Source: Trichoplax adhaerens | Taxonomy: Eukaryota; Animalia; Placozoa | DNA: 64,000 nucleotides | Direction: 5' to 3' | NCBI RefSeq assembly: GCF_000150275.1 | Contig: NW_002060951.1 | Location: 2,256,323-2,320,322 of the forward strand | Position numbers and translations under genes: made by a program | Notes under the pieces: generated by a model | What the model saw: the letters and a program-made list of their open reading frames with translations, nothing else | What the model was told of the DNA's origin: nothing | The model's database searches: none | Shown: positions 1-9,562 of the stretch, one piece after another | Layout: each line of letters starts with the position of its first letter | Position numbering within the stretch: position 1 is the stretch's first letter

Positions 1-573
1 GTTGTAGGACTAGTATTACTAAATTAATAATGATCGTAACTTAACTACAAACTGCATCTTTCTACGGTATATAAAGAAGTGTAACTATAAAAAAAGTATG
101 AAATTACTATCTAACATCGTATGACTTTTAACAAAAATATGCCATAGAAAATGCGTAAGTTCTAACCTGAATAAAGGAGTCAGATTTACAATATACTACT
201 ATATCAAGTAAAAGCTACAATAGTTAAGCCAAATTAAGCTATTTTTAAGGTTGCAATACTTATTAAAATACAAAAACTTGAAAGAGAATTCTAAAAATTA
301 ACCTTCCTTATATAGTGAAAAAAAATCCTCTGAAATATTAAGGTTCACCAGCCATCGGCCTATACAATTTTTTAACTAAATTAATGTGACTGCATTATAT
401 ACAATATAATATTGTACATGCATGCTACGTAATCTTCTAACTCCATTGAATGCAACAAATCGCAGTAGGCTTATGATGATTAATTATTCAGGTACCATCG
501 AGTCTTTATCGTTTTTATTTTATGAAACCTACACAATAATGAAATTGCAGTTGAAAGTGATACCGGTAGAATA

Positions 574-1688
574 TTAATGAGATTTACAGCTAGCAGTAAT
601 TTCGTCCCAGTCAGGCCAAAATCTCGCTTTCATGCGATCAGAAAACGCAACAAGATTTGAAAATTCTTCCCTAACCATCTTATTTGGCCAACTGTCTTCA
701 CTTAAGCCAGAAAGAATGTTTACGATAAAACCAAAAACACAGGCATCAATTGTTGTAGGATCGTTACCGAGGAAGAATTGCTTATTTCCTAAGGTGATAG
801 AGAGGGCCATAAGATCACCTCTTGCAATATGTCGGATTTCTTCGGGGGAATGTCTTCCCATGCCGTGACCATACATACATTTTTTTACGTAAGGTATTAT
901 CATCAATTTAAAGACGTAGTACTTGAACCATGGTAGGGGCACACACTTGCCGAACCATTCAAAATCTTCGATAAAGCGATTATATACAATTACGGCCCTA
1001 AATGTTGTAGGTAAAAGTTTTGAGTTATCATAACGAATTAATACTGTACACTTGCGCGCATATTTACAAAACAGAAAAGCTATTCGTATTACAATAATCT
1101 GATTTTTACCACTCGTGCAGTGTGGCAATTATATAAATGGAATACTCCTAGATCAAACTGATCAGCTCGTACTTATTACAGTGTTCTAAAAAACTTTATA
1201 TCTTTAGAAATGGTACTAGAAATTGCTTACCATATCGTATTTTCCTCTACAGTCTTTAATATAAAACGAGCCAATGCTTTTTGCTCGGCATCTAGGTGAT
1301 CGTCAATTTGAACATTAAATCGTTCTGTTAAAAATTCCATTATAAACGTAGAATCACAGTAGCTTTTGCCATCCAACTCTATCCATGGCATCTTATTTTC
1401 TCTACCGAAGGGGTGTCTAAGATCATGTACAAATTCAATGTTAGCCATACGAAGAAATGTCTGGAGCTTTAACACAAATGGTGACGGATTAACTATCACA
1501 GGGCAAGGTCCATCACCGTGAAGAACTACTAGACCCGGTTTTGCCAGTGGGCTCATATATTCTTTGCATTTATTCCTTGTAAAGCCATAGTAAGTTGCTA
1601 ATGATGCCATACATGACATAGCTACTACAGTGGTACCTACTGGGTGATTTAGGACGTATTCAACAATTTGGGATACATCAAACGCCAT
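574..1688 (-). CDS. FAXC-like (failed axon connections homologue; metaxin-type GST-N/GST-C fold) paralogue A. Two coding exons: 1231..1688 and 574..997, with a phase-2 intron that splits a Trp codon as TG|G
   Basis: ORF-track frames 1227..1688 and 574..1128 both lie on the minus strand. Exon 1 encodes an N-terminal hydrophobic helix followed by ...KPGLVVLHG...SPFVLKLQTFLRMANIEF...KMPWIELDG...EENTIW. The donor is TG|gtaagc at 1232/1231. The acceptor is cattTAG|GGCC at 998-1000. Exon 2 encodes RAVIVYNRFIED...YGHGMGRHSPEEIRHIARGDL...TIDACVFGF...WPDWDEI. This matches my recollection of the FAXC C-terminal GST-C region (GIGRHSPEEI...TVDATVFGHLAQ...FWPEW). Paralogues B and C have the same two-exon structure and the same intron position. 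Confidence 0.7.
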
Positions 1689-3176
1689 CTATCTATGAGC
1701 TGTATTTAGTTTTAGTTTTAAGTGAAGATCAAATTACGCACACAGTTAAGTATACAGTATTACACTACACAGCAGTGTCCTGTATTTCACAGAGCACAGT
1801 AAATAAATAATAACTTAGATCTGCTCAATCTATTTTGGCTTGAGTATAAACTGCAATATATCGATCTGTTTCTTTCGTCAATACAATGTTCACTTGAGAC
1901 CCTGTCACAGTAATAGTAATTAAAATTATGTAACAGTAAGCATTTAGATCATATTATATAGATTGTAATATGGAAAATTAAATGTGCCTATGGTTCTGTT
2001 AGAGCACAGTGCAGCAGTCAATAAGGCATGATTACAAGGGGGCATGATTAGAGCATGATCAGGGTGTGATTATAAAGCAATAAGAAAGGTGGGTATGATT
2101 ACAAGACAACAAGAAACGTTTGTTCATTGGCCTAATTCCCACTTAACCGAAAAAATTAGGAAAATCATTAGGACCAGATCAATGAGCAAGCGTTTCTTGT
2201 TGGCTTGTTCTGTAATCATGCCCTAATCTAATTTTAGTAAAATTAAATAGTTTTTAATAAGTTATGCAGCAGCAAGCGCTCAGTTAAACTTATTTACAGA
2301 TAAATTACTAGATAAATAAACGTCGAATAACTACGTTGGTTACACATCGCTGCTAGACAGCCAATCAGCACCTGCCTCGTTGGCACTAAACATGACATGT
2401 ATGAAATTTCTCAAATTATTCTGAGCAAATCCAGTCAAGAATGTGCATAAAGTTATTATTATATTAATTTAAAGATATGATCACGTTCGCTATTGCTTAC
2501 TGCAAATGATCTAATACGAAATCATTACTTCATTTGAATGACTCTTGTTTTGTTTACGAATATACGTTAATACGTTATAAAATCATGTATTGTATATGAG
2601 TGCGGTAAACTGTATCTACTGCATTTTATTCGAACAGTTCAAATAGATTGCGTATTGCTACGTATTATCAATATACTGTACATATATCTCATAATTATAC
2701 TTAATACAAGTAGTTATCATAATAATTTTAGACAGGGAAGAACATATATATTACAAGTCATATACATAACGCTATAAAATTGACTAATCAATAAAATTAA
2801 TTAATAAATGGTATAGTACTGTATATTGTACACTACCGTGCAACACTCGTAACTTTACATCATACGCTTACAATACGTACATGTGTGTGCATAGTAGTGA
2901 TAGTACGCATTTTAAGAATGATGCAAAACCGATGATGTCATTATTATATAAACAATATGTATTGGCTTATAGCATAGATATTTATTGAGAGCATTTCAAG
3001 ATACTCCTCATATCCTTTTATTGCTGGTTTTATTCGAGCTCGCATCTTGTTATCTGCATTAACATCAGCAACATCTATAAGTTAAGCTATTAGCTGCATC
3101 CATTTCATGTTCAAACTTTAATATACTCCTATAATAATCTTATTCCATTCCATCTACGAATCTACATCGTATAAAT
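1689..3176. promoter_or_regulatory. Divergent (head-to-head) intergenic region between FAXC-like paralogues A and B. Presumed bidirectional promoter. It contains the MITE-like insertion at 2091-2223
   Basis: The two ATGs, at 1688 (minus) and 3177 (plus), face away from each other across 1.5 kb of AT-rich sequence. No other ORFs are present. Confidence 0.4.
2091..2223. mobile_element. MITE-like non-autonomous element (about 133 bp) with roughly 35-bp terminal inverted repeats. It is preceded by degenerate tandem copies of the TIR head motif GCATGATTA (2026-2105)
   Basis: Left arm gggtatgattacaagacaacaagaaacgtttgttc (2091-2125). Right arm 2185-2223 (gagcaagcgtttcttgttggcttgttctgtaatcatgccc), whose reverse complement gggcatgattacagaacaagccaacaagaaacgcttgctc aligns with the left arm apart from one 5-bp indel. 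Upstream repeats: ggcatgattacaag, ggcatgattagagcatgatcaggg, tgtgattataaag. Confidence 0.5.
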
Positions 3177-4274
3177 ATGACATCAAATATAGATTACATT
3201 ACAGATTTTCTTGGAAAGAACCCTTATCCAGTCATTGCCATTACTATTATTGGCATTGGAAGCTGCTACTTCTATATAACAGGTGGTCGTAACTCCAAAT
3301 CTAAATCATTTCCTAAAAGTCCGTTGGCTAAACCTGGTTTGGTTGTCCTTCACGGTGCTAACCCTGGCAGTTCAATTGTCAATCCATCACCTTATGTGTT
3401 AAAGCTGCAAACATTTCTACGAATGGCAAAGATCGAATATGTATTTGATCGTAATAACCCTATGGGTAGAAAGGGGAAAATGCCTTGGATCGAGCTTGAT
3501 GGAGATGCTTATTGCGATTCTACTTTTATAATTGAACATCTGACAAAAAAATTCAATGTATCTATTGACCGTAGCCTTAGCGAGCAGCAAAAAGCAGTGG
3601 CTCGAGTTATCCAGAAAACGATTGAAGAGAATACAATCTGGTACTACAAATTAAGCTGATTTTTTATGATGTTTACGACCAGGCTCATTTAGAATGCATG
3701 GTAGTTATATTAATTAATTATTTTAATATATCTATGCGTGTAACATGTATGCTTATACATATGACGTAAACGTGTATATACGCATCTAGCTACAACTTTA
3801 CATTTCATTGTATATATATATGTCATATTGTACAGTAATATTTGACTGTTAATTTATAGGGCTACAATAATTTATAATCGCCTTATTGAGGAGGCTGACT
3901 GGTTTCTAAACATGATGAAATTTCCCTGGTTTGTTGGGGTAATATTCAAGTTATTCTTTGTTCCTCCAGTTAAGAAGAACTTGTACGGACATGGTATCGG
4001 CAGACACACACCCCAAGAGATTAGGCACATTGCCAGAGGCGATCTGGCAGCTCTGTCTGCCCTGCTTAAAGATAAATCGTTCTTTCTTGGTGATCAACCC
4101 ACTACAATAGATGCGTGTGTTTTCTCCTTTACTGCTAATATTATATATGGGTTACGCCCTGGAAGCTGGCCAAATGAAATGATCAAAAGCGAATTTCCGA
4201 ATCTTGTAGCATTTACAAATCGTATGAAAGAGAATTATTGGCCTGATTGGGACGAAATTATTAGCAAAGCATAA
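3177..4274 (+). CDS. FAXC-like paralogue B. Exons 3177..3640 and 3860..4274 (879 nt, 292 aa)
   Basis: ATG at 3177. Exon 1 ends ...EENTIW with the donor TG|gtacta at 3640/3641. The acceptor is ttatAG|G at 3859/3860. Exon 2 reads ATIIYNRLIEEADWFLNMMKFPWFVG...YGHGIGRHTPQEIRHIARGDLAALS...TIDACVFSF...WPDWDEIISKA*. The spliced CDS is exactly 879 nt, the same length as paralogue C. B is about 70% identical to A and C across the GST-like core. Confidence 0.7.
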
Positions 4275-4376
4275 CGTTAGCTTGAAAAATTATCGTAAAT
4301 TGCTATCATGAAGAGGACACTGCAGCTCTAAGATCAATTAATTATATGACCTTGAAAAAGCCTCATCCATATTTGT

Positions 4377-4990
4377 GTCACGGACTAGTACGAATGTACG
4401 GTTATACCGGTGCATATAGTAGTCCATGTTTGTGCAATTTTTAGTAATGTAGAAAAGTTGGTTAGTGAAGTGTGATGTAGCTATGGACCACTACATGCTT
4501 TACCATAAAGCATCTACCGAGGTCCATGTTGTAGTAAGTATGCTATGCTACAGCTGTTTCTGATAAAGAAATGTTAATCTATGTATAATGTATGGCCGAC
4601 TTATTTCAGATTACAATTATGTATAATTTGATCACCGGCTCCTTTATAGCTGAGGGCACTAAATTTTGAGAGCCATTTTAAAATTCTTACTGACTGTGAA
4701 TCTATGTTTAAAAATGTAACCAAGTTTAGCCCCATTTTGTATTAGACAAAATAATTTGTAAATTTTCTACTCGTGTATTAAAATAAAATTAATACGGTAG
4801 AGACAAGTTATGATTCTGGTCATGGTTAAATACACCTATCGGTACAACTGCTCATGATACTTGGCATACTCGTACCATATTTAGTATAAAGCTAGAATAA
4901 CGCACATAACCCACAGATCAATAGAAGTAGGTTTTCTTAACGTGGTCCGTGACTAATCACGTAAGCTAGACCATGGACCACTAGAAATAC
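4377..4990. repeat. Cluster of short dispersed direct and inverted repeats. It may be a degraded transposon remnant downstream of FAXC-like B
   Basis: gtcacggac (4378-4386) pairs with gtccgtgac (4947-4955) as an inverted repeat. atggaccacta occurs at 4484 and 4972. tccatgtt occurs at 4424 and 4523. The region has no long ORF. Confidence 0.3.
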
Positions 4991-6037
4991 TGTAGGAAGG
5001 CACTATCTGGCATGAGTTGCGGGTACACAGCCGTAAACTACAGTCTGTACTCTCAGTAGAGCTTAGCAACAGGCAATGCAATGGAACGTAAATTACTATG
5101 TATTAGTAAGTAATATTACTTACTTACTTTTAGAAAAAAATCAGTCAATTCAGAACCGACTGTCTTCATACTGAAGTCATAACGAGGTATATGACTTAAT
5201 TTGTTGACGAAATAAGGCCAAGTGTCCGTCCGCCCGCAGGAGTGTCCATTGTCCATTCCTGTCTGAGCTTACGAAGTCAAAAAGTTTTGGCTGCTGTTAT
5301 ATGTAGTCAAAGGCAATTTGTGAAATTATAGCAATACTATCTGTAAAGAAGAAGCTCAAAATCATTTACCTGTTCGTTAGTCTGCATTTAACTTTAAGGA
5401 TCGAGGATTCAGGTATGAAGTGATTTATACATACTGTACTGTATAGTATAATTTGTTTTTTAATTCCGTACCGTATCATTGGACTATTTTATAGCTCACC
5501 AGTATTCACATTACTCAAATTCTACTAGTATCAGCAATGCAGAGTCCTATTGACACCTGTTAACAACTGCATAAGTGCATTGTTGATCGTGGAGATTACG
5601 ACAGTCTCTAGCTCTTGAGATTGTTGTAAGTAATGTTGGAAATGATTCAGCACTGTTCTAATAATAAAGCAAAAGGATTAACTGCGAAGCTGTGTGCAAT
5701 AAGATCTATAAAACACGCAATGCATGTACTGTACGCATGGTGTAATGAGAGTTCCACTCATTGCATTTTTCGTACGCGTACAAGTTAAATTAAATTTTAT
5801 TTTAATTTTACTTCAATATTCGTATTTATTGTGCTAGGTTAATACGGGCGTTCTAACAGTGTTTGTAACCGGCAGACGGTAACCAGAATACGACTCATCA
5901 TTATTTATTGGCCTACGGAAGTCAGGTGTTGAGTGTCTTCAGTACTATACACCCTTGGGAGATCTTGCATTGGGTATTCTGATATACTGTAATAAGTTAA
6001 CACTAAATATAATAATATTTAAAAGCATAGCCGGCAT

Positions 6038-6080
6038 TACTGTACTGTACAGTGTACACTACCTGAGACACTACAGTACT
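6038..6080. repeat. Short GTAC palindromic array 20-60 bp upstream of the FAXC-like C ATG
   Basis: The sequence reads attactgtactgtacagtgtacactacctgagacactacagtactc. Confidence 0.6.
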
Positions 6081-6100
6081 CAACAATAAAGTTAAACAAG

Positions 6101-7587
6101 ATGAACTTTGACCTGTCGTCGCCCATAAATTTCGCCAGCAGCAATCCGATTGCAGTGGGATCTTTAATAGTTTTATGTGTCGGAGGTTATTTATACATGA
6201 GCAAAAAAAAGCCAAAATCATTCCCTAAAAGTGCCTTAGCTAAGCCAGGGTTAGTCGTCCTTCATGGCGCTGGAGCTGGGAGTACTGTAGTCAATCCATC
6301 ACCGTTCGTCTTGAAGTTACAAACCTTTTTACGAATGGCTAACATCGAATTTGTCCACGATTTGAAAAATCCGTGTGGTAGAAAAAATAAGATGCCATGG
6401 ATTGAGCTTGATGGAGAAGACTACTGTGATTCTACATTTATCATTGAGTTTTTAACGGAAAGATTTAACGTTCAAATTGATAGCCATCTAAGCGACGAAC
6501 AAAAGGCCGTAGCTCGAGTTATTCAGAAGACCGTTGAAGAGAATACAGTATGGTAAGTTAATTTTTTTATTATACAGTTGACTTCAACCGCGATCGCTTG
6601 CTATAATTATATAATCCGTGTAAGTATATACAGTATTTTATGTAATGTAAAGCGTACTATCTGCAAGCCTTTAGTCTGTGTATTGGAGATACGCAAGCTA
6701 CGAATTCTAGATTGAATTCAAACAGAGTGACTTGTTGTACCTTAGGACAACATCATTAGAGGCTTTACATCTATACATCTAATTAACTTCAGGCTTATTC
6801 TAAAATTAAACAAGCTTGTAACGAATCGGCATAGTTTACTTTACTACAGCTTGTATTATTTCCAACCATATTAACTAACGATGCTGCACGCGTTAAATAT
6901 TACCTGTAAATGAACCTAATGTAGCGGCTATAACGATAGTGATACGAAAAACAGGTTTCAATCGAATTAAGATAAAATTGTATTGGCAATAAAGTAGGCA
7001 AATTTTTAATATGTTATAATGTAATGCAATTATTTTTGAGTCTACGACAGTCCCTATCTTAAAATGGCGATCTATTGTATGTCTATTTGGTCTTAAATTT
7101 CTAATAGCCAACTGTAGTAGTGGATCCGTAATAATTTTATCATTGATTATATAACTATAGGGCTGCAATCATCTATAATCGTTGGATTCAAGATACCGAT
7201 TATTTCCGTCAGATGATGAAGCTCTCCTGGTTTGTTGGCCGGATATTAAAGATGGCTGTTGTACCTGCAATTAAGAAAAGCATGTACGGCCATGGAATTG
7301 GTAGGCATTCCGCAGAAGAGATTCAGCACATAGCTAGAGGTGACATTAAAGCGCTCTCGGATCTGCTTAAGGACAAGCAGTTTTTTTTTGGTGATAAACC
7401 GACTACAATCGATGCTTGTGTGTTTGCTTTTCTTGCCAATGTTCTTCATGGTTTGCGTAAAGATAGTTGGCCGGCTGAAATGGTAAGGAACGAATTTCCT
7501 AATCTTGCAACTTACTTTGAACGCATAAAAGAGAATGTTTGGCCAGACTGGGATGAAATCGTTAGTAAAGCTGGCTCGAAAAAATAA
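6101..7587 (+). CDS. FAXC-like paralogue C. Exons 6101..6552 and 7161..7587 (879 nt)
   Basis: ATG at 6101. Exon 1 ends ...EENTVW with donor TG|gtaagt at 6552/6553. The acceptor is ctatAG|G at 7159-7160. Exon 2 reads AAIIYNRWIQDTDYFRQMMKLSWFVG...YGHGIGRHSAEEIQHIARGDIKALS...WPDWDEIVSKAGSKK*. The intron phase and position are identical to paralogues A and B. Confidence 0.7.
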
Positions 7588-7801
7588 GATCAAGTATTAT
7601 ATAGTAACAACTTTATACTTTGTAGTTTTAGTGATTCATAAGATTATAACTTTGCTTTTATAAAGGCAGCGATAAAAGATATAGATATATTTAATGAATC
7701 TGTTACTCATTTAAAAAATTGGATTAGACTAGTAAACTACCATATTCTATTTTTACGAAATTGCTGACGCGTATAAAAAGCAGGAATTCAACTGCGACAC
7801 T

Positions 7802-8050
7802 ATTCGATAATAGGCAAGTTCTTATGGGATTTATCGGACTGTTTTATATGGTAGAGCAACTATAAGGGACTAACCATCCTTTTTTGCTATTACTTACGTA
7901 ATGCTCTACACTTAATTCGTTGCTTATACAATATTCGATAGTAGACAAATTTTTATGAAATTTATCGAACCGTTTTATGTGGTAGAGCAACTAGAAGGGC
8001 TAAACATCCTTTGCTTTTACTTACGTAATATTGTATACTTAATTCGTTGC
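7802..8050. repeat. Tandem duplication. Two copies of about 120 bp with a period of about 131 bp and about 85% identity
   Basis: Copy 1 (7802-7923) reads attcgataataggcaagttcttatgggatttatcggactgttttatatggtagagcaactataagggactaaccatcc...cttaattcgttgct. Copy 2 (7933-8050) reads attcgatagtagacaaatttttatgaaatttatcgaaccgttttatgtggtagagcaactagaagggctaaacatcc...cttaattcgttgct. Confidence 0.7.
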
Positions 8051-9036
8051 TAAGAAATACTGATGTACCTCGATATATTATTATTTACGGTCCAGTATTT
8101 GACGTCTCCCAAGCTAAGCGTCTGATACAAGCCGCAGCTTATATGGCTCTTTAAGAAAATAACACAATAAAGTCAATATAATTTTAATATTTAGCTTCCA
8201 AAATAACTATTCAATGATGCTTAGACATATCTTAGTGGAAGCGTTGCTATTTCCAATTGTTTTACTCCATTGATCTGCAGAACGAAGGTTTGCATGAGTT
8301 TTATCTTTCGTACTGGATTCGCGAATACATAATTATTAAATCACCTTAACATAACCATTACCGCAACTCTTGCAAATAACGCTATGAAAATGTCTTGGAA
8401 TTTTTTTTCATGATGGCTTGAGCTGCCGCCTGCATAATTTATAATCGTATTACTCTTATACTCGTACATGTATGTCAGCAATTCAAGTTAAAGCTTGACG
8501 AATTATAAATACTATTTCATTCTCCTTTCATTTAAATATAAATGTTGTTAATATGAGAGAATGATCTTTGATATTATTATAGTTTTGTTTCTCAAAGAGT
8601 ATTTATCATTACTATTAGCTACCGTTATTGCAGAGCCGAGAGGATTTGACCGGTCTAAATTTGCAGTGATAGTGTAACATCCAAGATCCCGTGATCTTTA
8701 CAAGTAATTAATTATTCACTGAAGACTACATGGAAAATTCAAGAAAAACAACAACATAGATTTGCAATTTGAGAACTGTGCACAAGAGGGGGAAGACTAA
8801 GAGTTAAAGAATCACCAAGAGTTCATATTATTCACGCAATCCCTTAAAATTTAGACGTACTAAGAATAACTATACTCATTTAGTAGTAGCAAGCATTTCT
8901 CCTACGCAAGTTAGTTTAATCTCTTTGCTAAGTTCTAATTGGAGTACTGTATAGTCTCTTAAAAATTATTCAGCTTTACATTCTTATAATTCTTATTACA
9001 CTTTGATTCACACTCGTGATTTTAGGATACCTTAAA

Positions 9037-9140
9037 GTACAGTACTCTGATTCGAACTGGTTCACACTCAGTACGATACAGTACAGTACTGTACAGTAAT
9101 TCATGGATGTACACTTGTACAGTACGTACTGTACTGTACT
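9037..9140. repeat. GTACT/GTACA palindromic pentamer array, about 420 bp upstream of the GLT1D1-like ATG
   Basis: The sequence reads ...agtacagtactctg...cagtacgatacagtacagtactgtacagtaa...gtacagtacgtactgtactgtactg. The units are GTACA/GTACT. Each run is its own reverse complement (TACTGTACAGTA). Confidence 0.75.
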
Positions 9141-9190
9141 GAAAGAGAAGACAAGCTGCTACGCAAGCGTAGCAGCTTGTCTTCTCTTTC
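9141..9190. repeat. Perfect 24-bp inverted repeat with a 2-nt spacer (hairpin or cruciform). It is followed by a partial third copy of one arm at 9191-9211
   Basis: gaaagagaagacaagctgctacgc | aa | gcgtagcagcttgtcttctctttc. The right arm is the exact reverse complement of the left arm. It lies immediately 3' of the GTAC array. Confidence 0.8.
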
Positions 9191-9562
9191 AGTACAAGCG
9201 TAGCAGCTTTGATTGATTGAATTTGAGGGTGTTGTCGATTGTGTTACCTAGATTCATTCGGTTCATCAAAGATTGCATATGAATTAGGCACTGTGCAAAG
9301 TTAGTTGTCACCCCATGAACCGTTTCTTCTTTAATAGCTTAGTAAAAGACAAAGTAAAGATGAAAATAACATGACAATTCATTTTGCACACTACTGGAGA
9401 TTACCAAACTTGCGGCCTGGTTAGATTAGACACTCAGTTAATTTGCAGCTGTTACCCGTCGGCGCTGTTATTAACAATACTGCTGTAGGCAGCAGATGAG
9501 TTAATAACTATCTATAACTATATAATTTCTGGTAAAAAGTAATTTCATTTTTCTTATTGACG

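Noticed and set aside
7246-7593. Minus-strand ORF antisense to FAXC-like C exon 2. A similar case is plus ORF 632-868 opposite FAXC-like A
   Set aside because: These lie entirely inside well-supported coding exons of the opposite strand and show no conservation. They are shadow ORFs.
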